DNA of 64,000 nucleotides, taken from NCBI GenBank assembly GCA_963780225.1, contig CAWAAX010000027.1, positions 97,363 through 161,362 on the forward strand. Reading direction: 5' to 3'. Under the pieces are notes generated by a model. It did no database searches. It was not told where the DNA came from and worked only from the letters and a program-made list of their open reading frames with translations. Below are positions 19,674-30,900 of this stretch, in pieces; the first letter of the stretch is position 1; each line of letters opens with the position of its first letter. The position numbers and the translations under genes were made by a program. The stretch is from an uncultured bacterium (GTDB taxonomy: Bacteria > Edwardsbacteria > AC1 > EtOH8).

Positions 19674-19859
19674 TTACTCGCCTATGAATTTCTGGATCTC
19701 GGTGCCCTTGATCAGCCAGCGCTGTCCGATTTTTTTGCCGATCAGGCCTTTTTGGCAAAGGTGCTTGCGCACTGTTTGGTCGGTAACGGCCAAAATGCGG
19801 GCGGTCTCGGTGACCGTGTAAAGCTTGGCGGAATCTATATCTTTTGGTGATACCGGCAT
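19674..19859 (-). CDS. Small excisionase/MerR-like HTH DNA-binding protein
   Basis: LYTVTETARILAV..QTVRK....L.GKKIGQRWLI; RBS GAGGGA upstream. Confidence 0.85.
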   Translation of the reverse strand: MPVSPKDIDSAKLYTVTETARILAVTDQTVRKHLCQKGLIGKKIGQRWLIKGTEIQKFIGE

Positions 19860-19927
19860 ATGTCCCTCGATAAGATGAGTGAGCTATGATTAACTATATA
19901 TGATTATGCATTGACGTCCTCTTTGCC

Positions 19928-20025
19928 ATTTTATTATAATTGTAGGTAGTTTGTCAAGAGAAATTTTAAAAAAAATAAAAAAAATAAATTTTTCTCTTGA
20001 CAGAACGGCTAACCTGCAATATACT
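19928..20025. promoter_or_regulatory. Back-to-back divergent sigma70 promoters
   Basis: Plus: TTGACA (19997), 17 nt, TATACT (20020). Minus: TTGACA (19957), 18 nt, TAAAAT. The two -35 boxes form a 12-bp inverted repeat TGTCAAGAGAAA / TTTCTCTTGACA. Confidence 0.7.
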
Positions 20026-20101
20026 ACTCTATTGTAAGGGCTTTTTTAAGTAATACCACAACTACCGAAAATTAATAAAAAAATTTAAGGGAGGTTTATT
20101 C

Positions 20102-20542
20102 ATGCAAAAGCAACCTTTTATCGGTTTAACCTTGGTAGTAGCCCTGATTACCCTGGTCATTATGGGCTGCAGCACCATCTACCCGGCGCCAGAGGTAAAG
20201 GTCACCGGCATTACCCCGCTAAGCCCCGGGGGCAAGGATACGGTCGTTACCATTACTTTTGAAAGCAAAAACAAGATGGATGCGATCATTACCACGCAAC
20301 AGGAAACACTGATCGGCCCCGGCATAACTCCGATCATCATAGATTCCGAACCAGTTCATTATTCTTTTTTCATCAGCGGCACCACCACGGCCACTTTGTC
20401 CATTACTTATACCAATGCGGCCATAGCCGCGCTGGCCGCTTCGGTGGGGGGATCGCCGGCTACGCTGTGGTATAAATTCTCCGGGGCAGATGCCTACGGG
20501 TATGACAAAACATTCATTGACTCTGTCTCAATAAGTTTATAA
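20102..20542 (+). CDS. Hypothetical lipoprotein, beta-rich
   Basis: Signal with lipobox IMGC, RBS GGAGG, own promoter and terminator. Confidence 0.8.
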   Translation: MQKQPFIGLTLVVALITLVIMGCSTIYPAPEVKVTGITPLSPGGKDTVVTITFESKNKMDAIITTQQETLIGPGITPIIIDSEPVHYSFFISGTTTATLSITYTNAAIAALAASVGGSPATLWYKFSGADAYGYDKTFIDSVSISL

Positions 20543-20568
20543 AATTTTAGCCGGAGCCAAAGGACTGT

Positions 20569-20598
20569 ACCCCCGCTGGATAAATCCAGCGGGGGTTT
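20569..20598 (+). terminator. Intrinsic terminator
   Basis: ACCCCCGCTGGA-TAAA-TCCAGCGGGGGTTT. Confidence 0.8.
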
Positions 20599-20651
20599 TA
20601 TTTAGCAACAGGCCGGTTTTCAAATCAGCTTCTAAACACCGCCCACTGTAA

Positions 20652-20693
20652 ACAGAAGAACCCCGCCGTCCTTGGACGGCGGGGTTCTTCTGT
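20652..20693 (-). terminator. Hairpin/terminator downstream of groEL
   Basis: ACAGAAGAACCCCGCCGTCC-TT-GGACGGCGGGGTTCTTCTGT perfect inverted repeat. Confidence 0.75.
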
Positions 20694-20747
20694 AGGCTAT
20701 TCCTTTGCCCTCTCCTAAATCATTAGGAGAGGGTTGGGTGAGGTCGT

Positions 20748-22400
<1,653 letters not shown>

Positions 22401-22432
22401 TTATTAAAAATATTTATTGCTTTTAGTAATTC

Positions 22433-22514
22433 CGCCACAAAGACACTAAGGCACCAATATCTCGCAATAAGGAATATACAATTCTTGTTTTTGTGTCTTA
22501 GCGCCTTGGTGGCA
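22433..22514. repeat. Inverted-repeat element between groES and groEL
   Basis: GCCACAAAGACACTAAGGCACCAA ... TTGTGTCTTAGCGCCTTGGTGGC; same family as 12797 and 44667. Confidence 0.75.
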
Positions 22515-22534
22515 AATCAATTAGATTTAGGATT

Positions 22535-22834
22535 TCAGCCGATCACCGCCAGAATGTCGTCGGCGTTCATGATCAGATATTCCACGTCGCCGATCTTGAC
22601 CTCGGTGCCGGAATATTTTCCATAGAGCACCTTGTCGCCGGTTTTAAGGTCCATGGCCATGCGGGTGCCGCTGTCGGAGATCTTGCCCGGGCCGGCGGCC
22701 ACCACTTCGCCCTCCATGGGCTTTTCCTTGACCGTGTCAGGGATTATGATACCGCCCTTTTTGGTCTCTTTGACTTCCGACGGCTTTACCAACACCCGGT
22801 CGCCCAACGGCTTGATATTGGATAAGGTAGACAT
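22535..22834 (-). CDS. groS: Co-chaperonin GroES
   Basis: IKPLGDRVLV, GGIIIPDT.KEKP.EGEVVA.GPG, GDKVLYGKYSGTEVK. Confidence 0.99.
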   Translation of the reverse strand: MSTLSNIKPLGDRVLVKPSEVKETKKGGIIIPDTVKEKPMEGEVVAAGPGKISDSGTRMAMDLKTGDKVLYGKYSGTEVKIGDVEYLIMNADDILAVIG

Positions 22835-23211
22835 AAGCTTTAAACCCTCCTAAGTACTTAATGGTTGATATTTGATTTTCTGTTATTACACGGCTACCAA
22901 TAAAAATATATAACACCTTGCAAAGCAAAGCATTATATATTTGTAAGAGCGACTATGTCAATGCAGATTATTGCAGTCTATAATTATAATCAATTTCGCC
23001 TTAAAATTCAAGCCCTAAATACGGATCAAATCTTTTGGGACGCAGATTTCCGCTGATACCCGCTGATTATTTTTTAACTCTTTGCCCACAAAAAATTCAC
23101 TATAACCTTGTATTAATAATGGACCAACAAATCTTTTTAAAATAGGCCTGGTTAACATGATTAATATGATTTAAATTACAATAAAATCATGTAAATCCTG
23201 TCTTTGCCTGG

Positions 23212-24489
23212 TTAGAATCTATATACCAGCGAAGCCCTGGTGAACGGCCAATCCTTGCTACCACTGGCAATGTTTCCCCCGGAATAGATCTGCTTGGGGT
23301 TAAGCATCAGGTCCATGGTAAATCCCCGCATTTTTAGGGCCAGGCCCAAGTTCAGTTCATAAGGCTGGGTAACTGTTTTGGTCACCAGTATGGTATTATC
23401 AAAAAAATCGGAGGTACTGCTTTGGGATAATATCTTCTTTTCGGCGCCCAGCCGTACCGTCAGCCAGCCGGTTAAATTGGCTTCCACCCCGGCGGTGATG
23501 GCCGGATAGCTGGCCGTTGTTTTTTCCTGCCGGGTGTGATAGACCAGCGAATCGTTTATTTTTATGTTCTGATACCCATAACCCAGCCCGGCCAGCAGGG
23601 TCATTCTGTTATCCGGCCGGAACTGCCAGCCGCATCCCAAGAACAGGCCGGTGCTTTGATTTGTTCCCCCGGCGGTCACCAGAGTATAGTTCTTGGCGTA
23701 ATCGTAACCCAGATCGAAATAACTGAAATTGATCAGTGGCACCAGCACCATCTCTTCATTTAGGCTCAAGAACGCCCGGCTGGAAAATGCCAGATAACCC
23801 AGCCCCTTGGAATTCATTGATTCGGTTGAATCCAGCAGGGAAAGGGTATAGCTGCTTTCAAACGACAGCTTACTGTAACTAAGCCCGGCATCGACTCTGA
23901 TGGCATCGCTGGGCTCGTAGCCCAGGCCCAGGGTCAGTCCGGTGACCAAGCAGGAAGCCAAGTTCTCTACATTGGAATATGAGTAACTGCTTTGACCAAA
24001 GGAATGCTCGACTCTGGCGCCGGCGGTCCACTCGCCTAATTTGCGGGCGTATATCAGGCCGTACTCCGAGCCCAGTTCCGGGATCAACGGCAGGTTAAGG
24101 CCCTGGCCGTTATCCTTGATCTTGTCTATCAGGTTAATACCAATGCCCAGGGTATCCACAAAAGGATTAATGTAGTTGATTAAACTCTGAGCGGCATCCG
24201 AGCGGTAATTGACCGCCAGCCCTATGACCCCAAAGGTCTGTTCCCGGTTGGCATAGGTCAACAGCACCGAGCTTTGCCCGGTTATCTGACTGCTGTCAGG
24301 ACTCAGGTCCACTATAGCCGCCCGGTAATAGAACGGGGCCAGCGAAGGCTGGTTGAACATATCCTGGTCATCCAGCGTGAAAGCTGAAATGCCTGGCAGA
24401 CTCTCCTGCCGGGTGGCGGTGGCCTGCGCCTGGCCAAAGGCGGCCAGGACAATCAACAGAACTAAAATAATGTTGAATTTGATCTTCAT
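23212..24489 (-). CDS. Putative outer-membrane beta-barrel protein
   Basis: Signal peptide (AQA), alternating beta-strand pattern, C-terminal LVYRF. Confidence 0.75.
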   Translation of the reverse strand: MKIKFNIILVLLIVLAAFGQAQATATRQESLPGISAFTLDDQDMFNQPSLAPFYYRAAIVDLSPDSSQITGQSSVLLTYANREQTFGVIGLAVNYRSDAAQSLINYINPFVDTLGIGINLIDKIKDNGQGLNLPLIPELGSEYGLIYARKLGEWTAGARVEHSFGQSSYSYSNVENLASCLVTGLTLGLGYEPSDAIRVDAGLSYSKLSFESSYTLSLLDSTESMNSKGLGYLAFSSRAFLSLNEEMVLVPLINFSYFDLGYDYAKNYTLVTAGGTNQSTGLFLGCGWQFRPDNRMTLLAGLGYGYQNIKINDSLVYHTRQEKTTASYPAITAGVEANLTGWLTVRLGAEKKILSQSSTSDFFDNTILVTKTVTQPYELNLGLALKMRGFTMDLMLNPKQIYSGGNIASGSKDWPFTRASLVYRF

Positions 24490-24629
24490 TTTCCCTCGTA
24501 ATTATTAACATTAAAACCCGTCATCTGATTATTGTATCACAGGAAAGACATAAAATCCATAATATTTTTAAAGGCCGTTTACGGCAACAATCACAACCAT
24601 GATCCGGGCAGCAAATTCAGAGCCAAAAT

Positions 24630-24662
24630 AAAAAAGGCGGCCTTTAAATAAGCCGCCTTTTT
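24630..24662 (-). terminator. Intrinsic terminator closing the signalling region
   Basis: AAAAAAGGCGGC-loop-GCCGCCTTTTT. Confidence 0.8.
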
Positions 24663-24667
24663 GACCG

Positions 24668-25051
24668 TCAGCCGATCAGCTCTTTTATTTTACTGGAAAG
24701 TTCCGCCATTTTAAACGGCTTGGTAATGTAATGATCGGCGCCGGCCGAAAGTCCGGTTTCAATATCCTTGCCCGAAGTTTTAGCGGTAACCATTATCACT
24801 TTTATGCCCATGGTCAGCGGATCATTTTTTATCCGGCGGCAGAGTTCAAACCCGTCCAGGCCCGGCATCATCACATCCAGCACCGCCAGCTCGGGCAGCA
24901 ATTTGCGGACCTGGCTTAAAGCGACCAGCCCATCCGAAGCCTGGATGACCTCATAGTTATCCCGGGCCAGCAGTTCGGAGATCAAAAACAGCACGTTGCG
25001 GTCATCATCAACCACCAATATTTTTTTAAGGTTCACTGCAGTTTCACTCAT
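24668..25051 (-). CDS. Single-domain response regulator
   Basis: ILVVDDD, LDVMMP, VTAK, ITKPF. Confidence 0.95.
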   Translation of the reverse strand: MSETAVNLKKILVVDDDRNVLFLISELLARDNYEVIQASDGLVALSQVRKLLPELAVLDVMMPGLDGFELCRRIKNDPLTMGIKVIMVTAKTSGKDIETGLSAGADHYITKPFKMAELSSKIKELIG

Positions 25052-25091
25052 AGTTATTAATTATACTCCACTTTATCTTCAATTACAACCA

Positions 25092-25469
25092 TCATTTTTG
25101 GGGTTGTTCGCCGGAATCAAGTATTTCCTTGACTTTGTTTTTGAAATCATCCAGGTTTACCGGCTTGGTGATATAAGCGGCAATGTTAGAAGTGCCAACG
25201 ACATAATCATCCTGCAAATGCTTAAAAGCCGAGCAAACTATTACCGGAAAGTCCTTTTTCAGTTCCCTGATCTTCTGGATCAGATCCAAACCGTTAATGT
25301 CCGGCATTTTAATATCAAACACCGCCAGATCAAAGTCCTCCTTTAGTATCTTCCTTAAGGCCTCCCGGCCGCTGGCCACCGCCGTTACCTGGTAACCCTC
25401 TTCGCTCAAAACCGCCTCCATCAGAAGCCTGATGTTGGCTTCGTCATCGGCTACAATGATGCGTTTCAT
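25092..25469 (-). CDS. Single-domain response regulator
   Basis: IIVADDE, FDIKMP, CSA, ITKP; start MKRII after GGAG. Confidence 0.93.
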   Translation of the reverse strand: MKRIIVADDEANIRLLMEAVLSEEGYQVTAVASGREALRKILKEDFDLAVFDIKMPDINGLDLIQKIRELKKDFPVIVCSAFKHLQDDYVVGTSNIAAYITKPVNLDDFKNKVKEILDSGEQPQK

Positions 25470-25515
25470 GTTGGTGCTCCTTGGTTGTATTTTGAAAGTA
25501 GTAAAGTGCACTTAG

Positions 25516-25585
25516 AGCTATAAGCTATAAGCTATAAGCTATAAGCTATAAGCTATAAGCTATAAGCCGTAAGCTGTCCGCTGTA
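25516..25585. repeat. Heptamer array (AGCTATA)x7 plus 3 degenerate units
   Basis: Seven perfect units at 25516-25564, then AGCCGTA AGCTGTC CGCTGTA. Confidence 0.97.
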
Positions 25586-25600
25586 TCCCTGTAATTAAGA

Positions 25601-25686
25601 TGGTCTGCGAGTTTGCCTGGCAAAGCAATCCATTTTTTTGTTAGACTGCTTCACCTGCCCGGCAAGTGTGTTTTCTCGCAGTGACT
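25601..25686. repeat. REP-like inverted pair (TGCGAG..AAGCAATCC / AGACTGCTTC..CTCGCAGTGAC)
   Basis: The right half recurs at about 27884-27931. Confidence 0.7.
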
Positions 25687-25700
25687 CGATTGTTAAAAGT

Positions 25701-26050
25701 AAATCATGTTAATCCTGTCTGCCCCGGTGGTTGTGCCCCCGTTATATTGTAAAGCAAACCCCGTAAATCATGTTAATCCTGTCTGCCCCGTTGGTTGAGA
25801 CCCCGTTATATTGTAAAATAAATCCCGCAAATCATGTTAATCCGCTTACGCTTCTATGCCTGTCTTCTTCAAGCGCCCTAGCTCCAGCGGAGGCGCTCCT
25901 GTCTGCCCCGGTGGTTGTGCCCCCGTTATATTGTAAAGCAAACCCCGTTAATCATGTTAATCCTGTCTGTCCCGGTGGTTGTGACCTCGTTATATTGTAA
26001 AATAAATCCCGCAAATCATGTTAATCCTGTCTGCCCCGGTGGTTGTGCCC
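25701..26050. repeat. 64-bp tandem repeat array with a 56-bp insertion
   Basis: AATCATGTTAATCC units start at 25701, 25765, 25829, 25949, 26013; the last copy encodes the kinase C-terminus and stop. Confidence 0.95.
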
Positions 26051-27710
26051 CGGCCTCTTCCGCCGCCGGTAGCGCCAGGCTGAAAGTGGTGCCCTGGCCT
26101 ATCTTGCTTTCCACGGTAATAAGTCCGCGGTGCTCCTCTACTATCTTCTGGATGATGGCCAGGCCCAGGCCGGTCCCGGCCGACTTGGTGGTAAAGAATG
26201 GTTTGAATATGTTCTCCAGATTTTCCGGGGGAATGCCGCAACCGCTATCCTGGACTGAAATGTGGGCCATGGGGCCCTGGTCGCTCTCCAGCCGCTCGGT
26301 CATTATTGTGATGGTACCTGGCTGGTCCATGGCGTCAATGGCATTATTCACTAAGTTCAGCAATATCCGCTCCAGCCGGACGGCGTCGCCTATTACCACC
26401 GGAGTATTGGAAGCGGCCTGTTTTATCAGGACTACCTCCTTCTTCCTGGACTGGTCAGATTTGGCTGTAATTACCCGGTCCACCAACTCTACCACATTGA
26501 CCTCGATGTTGACGGCCTTCTTTTGGTGGGCAAAGTCCAGAATATCGGAGATCAGGGTGTCTATCCGGAAGGCCTCCTGGGTAACGATGTCCACATATTT
26601 GCGCCGGGGGTCGGTCTCATCCACCTTGGTCTGCAGCAGCTGGGCAAACCCGGCGATGGCGTTTAAGGGATTGCGGATCTCGTGAGCCATCACCGCCGCC
26701 ATCTCGCCCAGCACCGCCAGCTTTTCCGAATGCTTGACCCGTTCCTCCAGACTTTTGGTCTTGGAAATGTCGGAAAAAATGGCAATGGCTCCGTTGGTCC
26801 TGGTGGTCTGGCTGTGCAGCAGCGAAGTGGTAACGTCTATTACTTTCTCGCTTTTGTTTTCCATGGTTAAAACCATCTCTTTTCTGGCCAACGGCTTGCC
26901 GCATTCCATGGTAACCTTAAGCAGATCGTCAATGGGCTTAAGCTTTTCGTATACCTCCAAAGATTTTCCCACTACTGCAGCGGAGATGAGCTGGCAGATA
27001 TTAACGGCTTCCTTATTGAAAGTGGTTACCACCCGGTTTACGTCCACCACAATCACCCCGCTGCTGATGCTGGCCATTATGTTATCGTTGTATTCTTTGT
27101 AATATTTAAGCCTTTCATTGACTTTTAAATATTCTTCGGTGGCCTGCTCGATCTCCTTTTTCATCTGTTGACCGTATTCCTCGGCCTGTTCTTTCTTCTT
27201 CCGCTCGGCCGCCACCTGCACCGACCAAAAACTGCTGAACATGGCGATCAGAAAGAAAAACGGGATCCTCAGCCAGAAGGATGGCTCGCTGAACATGCCC
27301 GTCCCGTATTTTTTATAGACCAGCCATCCGTACAACAGCGAGGTAACGATGGCCACCGGAAAGGACCCGCCCAGGCTCTGGCCCACGCTGGACATGAAGA
27401 TGCTAAGGAAGTAGATCAGGTAAAAGTCGGTGTCTATGCCCTCGGCAAAATAGACCACCGCCGAGACGAAAAGGATATCCAGCACGAACAGCACATAGAC
27501 GAACCACCCCTTGTCAAAGTAACGCTGGGGAACAAAGGAGATGGCCAGATTAAGGACCAGGTAGATCAGCGACAGCAGGTAATTGGGGCTGGCAAAGTCC
27601 AGACCCTTGGGGCTGTAAGCCGCCATGAATATCACCAGCAGCACCACCAGCCAGCGGATGATCAATACCGTGCTTTTGTGGTTGAGGATCAGGCCTTTTA
27701 ACTGCTTCAT
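26016..27710 (-). CDS. Membrane sensor histidine kinase (TM-PAS-HisKA-HATPase; NtrB/PilS-like)
   Basis: About 6 TM helices, PAS, AHEIRNPL, NLVNNAIDA, DSGCGI, GTGLGL. Confidence 0.95.
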   Translation of the reverse strand: MKQLKGLILNHKSTVLIIRWLVVLLVIFMAAYSPKGLDFASPNYLLSLIYLVLNLAISFVPQRYFDKGWFVYVLFVLDILFVSAVVYFAEGIDTDFYLIYFLSIFMSSVGQSLGGSFPVAIVTSLLYGWLVYKKYGTGMFSEPSFWLRIPFFFLIAMFSSFWSVQVAAERKKKEQAEEYGQQMKKEIEQATEEYLKVNERLKYYKEYNDNIMASISSGVIVVDVNRVVTTFNKEAVNICQLISAAVVGKSLEVYEKLKPIDDLLKVTMECGKPLARKEMVLTMENKSEKVIDVTTSLLHSQTTRTNGAIAIFSDISKTKSLEERVKHSEKLAVLGEMAAVMAHEIRNPLNAIAGFAQLLQTKVDETDPRRKYVDIVTQEAFRIDTLISDILDFAHQKKAVNIEVNVVELVDRVITAKSDQSRKKEVVLIKQAASNTPVVIGDAVRLERILLNLVNNAIDAMDQPGTITIMTERLESDQGPMAHISVQDSGCGIPPENLENIFKPFFTTKSAGTGLGLAIIQKIVEEHRGLITVESKIGQGTTFSLALPAAEEAGAQPPGQTGLT

Positions 27711-27753
27711 GTCTTTAAGCGCTTGGTTATGGGTTTGGTTACCGGGAGCTACT

Positions 27754-27852
27754 CAGTAGCCTGTAGTCAGTATTCAGTAGTATATTCAGTATTCCGTATT
27801 CTCTATTTACCAAGGAAGTCTACCGGATAGTGTCTGCTGAATAGTGGATACT
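27754..27852. repeat. Degenerate heptamer array (CAGTATT/CAGTAGT) with an inverted counterpart
   Basis: cagtagc ctgtagt cagtatt cagtagt ... cagtatt ccgtatt; then ctgctgaatagtggatact. Confidence 0.65.
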
Positions 27853-27902
27853 CCAATGATAATTGCCCGTGCCCTGGTCATTTTGTTAGACTGCTTCACT
27901 TG

Positions 27903-30900
27903 TTAAGCAGGTGGGTTTCCTCGCAGTGACTGGTTCGGGGTTGCCTGCATCGCCTGCTGCACCCTTAACAACAGCTCCGCGCTGCGGTAGGGTTTTTGGA
28001 TGAACCCCAGCGCCCCTTCCTGCAAAAGGGACTGGGCGGCGCCGTCCTCGGAAAAGCCCGATGACAAAAGCATTTTGACCCCGGGGTTTATTTCACGCAT
28101 CTTAGCGTAGGCCTGGCGGCCGTCCACCTTGGGCATCACCATGTCCATGATCACCAGGTCTATGTTACTATGATCTCTGGCATACAGTTCCACCGCCTCC
28201 TGGCCGTCGGCGCAGGTCTGCACCTGGTAACCGGCAGTTTTAAGGATCTGGGCGGCAATGGTCCGGATCATGTCCTCGTCGTCCACTATCAGTATGCTGC
28301 CGGTGCCGGCGGTAACTGCCGTTTCCTTAAGTTGGACAGAGTCCGCCTCCCCGGCCGTCAGGCCGGCATACAGCGGCAGGTATATCTTTATGGCCGTCCC
28401 CCGGCCAAGTTCCGAATAAACTTCTATCGATCCCCCATGGTTCTTAACGCAGCCGTAAATCCCTGCCAGCCCCAGCCCGGTGCCCCGGCCCTTTTCCTTG
28501 GTGGTGAAGAAGGGCTCGAACAGGTGGCGCTTGACCGCTTCGCTCATGCCGCTGCCGGTGTCTTCCACCGTTATTTGGATATATTGTCCGGGCTTTATCT
28601 TGTAGTTGTGCTGGCTGATATACTCTTCGTCCATGCTTTGCAGATCGGTGGAAAAGATCAGCTTGCCTCCTTCCGGCATGGCGTCCCGGGCGTTGATCCC
28701 CAGGTTCATAAAGGCGTTCTCCAGCTGGCTGTGATCCCCCAGGACCACCGCCGGGTTGGCCCGCAGGTGCTGTTCTATCTTTATCCGCCGGTCAATGGTG
28801 TTGCCCAAAATGCCCATGGCCTCGGCTATCACCTTGTGGACATTGACCGGCACCTGCTGGTACTGCCCCTTGCGGGCAAAGGCCAGAAGCTGCTTGGTAA
28901 GGCTGGCGGCGTGCCCCGAGGCCTTGATGATGTTGTCCACGTAGGCCTCCAGCTCCTTCTGGCCGTATATCTTCAGCTGCAGCAGCTCGGCGTTGCCCAC
29001 GATGCCGGCCAGCATGTTGTTGAAGTCGTGGGCCACCCCCCCGGCCAGAAAGCCCACCGCCTCCATCTTCTGGGCCTGCAGCAGTTCCTGCTCCATCAGC
29101 TTGCGGTCGGTGATGTCGGAGATGATGTGCACCGCCCCGATCAGGTTTTTCTGCTGGTCAAAAATTGGGTCCGCCGTAACCAGCAGGAATCTGTCATCGC
29201 GCTCCAGTTCCAAAGTTTCCCGGTGCAGTGATTTTTCCATCCGGACCACCGGACAATGTTCCTGGGGCTTTTTAAGGCCGTGGACCAGTTCATAGCAGGT
29301 ACGGCCCAGTACCTGATCGAATGGTTTTTTGACCATTTTGTAAAAGGCCTGGTTGCACTGCAGTATCTTCCACTGCCGGTCCAGCAGGCAGACCCCGTCG
29401 CCAATGGAATCAAAAGTGGTCTCCCACTTTTTGGCAGCCTGCCTGATCTGTTCCTCAGCCTGCTTGCGCTCGGTGATGTCCGTCATCAGGCCGTTCAGTC
29501 CCACCGGCTTCCCATCTTCCAGTATCAGCCGACTGGACGAGGATATCCACTTGGTGCTTCCATTTTTGTTGGTAATCCGGTATTCGCTGGCTGCCACCCC
29601 TTTTTCCAGGCTTTTCTGAAGTTCCCGGGCCAGCAGGGTCCGGTCATCCTCCTTCACAAATTCTATGAGTTTCCGCCCAATGATCTCATCGGGCCGGTAC
29701 CCCAGGACAGGTTCGCTGGAAGGGCTGATGTAAATCAGTTTTCCGTAGATATCCACCGCAAAAACCACATCGTTGATGTTCTCCACCAGGTCCCGGTATT
29801 TTTCCTGGCTCTCCCGGATGGCCTGGTCGGCTCTTTGCTGTTCGGTGATATCCCGGATGTAAGCCCCCACCCCGGTCTTGCCGTTCTGGAGATCCACCGG
29901 GAATTTCCGGACTTCGTATATCCTGTTGCCCACCTGTTCGTGGCTGAGCATGGTCTGTTTGCTTTCCAGTACCATTTGGTCCGAAAGCCGGCAGGCCTGG
30001 GCGGCCTCCTTGGGCATCAGGTCGTCGTCGGTCTTTCCCAGTATCTGACCGGCCGGAAGCCCAAAGAATTCCTGCTGGGCCTGATTGACCATCAGGTAGC
30101 GCGACTGATCATCCTTTAAAAATGCAATGTCAGTGGCGGAGTCCATGAAGGTTTTGTAGCGGCTCTCGCTCTCGGCCAGTTCCTGTCCCGCCTGAATGCT
30201 GCGGATGGCCACGGCCACATGACCGGCTACAAAGCTCAAAAGTTCCAGATCTCTTTGGGTGTACTCGCTTTTTTCGTCGTAGCTTTGAACCACCAGCGTT
30301 CCAAAGGTCTTGTTTTCGGATTGCAGCGGCGCCCCCAGCCACTGCTGGGAAGGCTGGCCCACGAACTCCGCCTGGCCATCTCTCTGCAATTGATCGTGAA
30401 CCTGTTGGTTCACCAACAGCGGCTTTTGGGTGGCAATGATGTGTTCGGTCAGGCCCTTGCCGAACTGGCGGGGCGCGTTATAATCATTCTTCTGATCACG
30501 GTAATAGGGAAAACTGATGGTATTGGCCTTTTGGTCGTAAAGGGCAATGTACAGGTTCTCGGCCGGCATCAGCCCGGAGATGGTCCGGTGGATCTGGAGG
30601 TACAACTGCTGCAGGTCCCGGCAGCCGATGGCCGCGTCTGATATTTGATACAGGGCCCTCTGCAGGGTTTCGGATTTTTTCAGTTCGGTAATATCGTTGT
30701 TGACCACGATGGCGCCCTGTATTTGACCTTTGTCATCAAGCACCGGAGCGGTATAATTCAGGATTATTTTCTTCTTGCCGTCAAAAGCGTCTATCTCCAA
30801 CAGCTCGCCAGCAACGGTGGTCCCTTCCTTGATGGTGTGGGCCAAAGCCCAATCATCGGGCGCTATCTCCCGGCCTTCGGGCAGGTGCCGGGCCTTGAAC

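Noticed and set aside
19674..19859. Prophage or integrative element marked by an excisionase
   Set aside because: No integrase, att-like repeat or phage genes nearby; better read as a small regulator.
22835..23030. CIRCE (HrcA) operator upstream of groES
   Set aside because: No TTAGCACTC-N9-GAGTGCTAA match found by eye on either strand.
25701..26050. CRISPR array (64-bp period)
   Set aside because: The would-be spacers are near-identical to each other, the last unit is coding sequence, and no cas genes are in the window.
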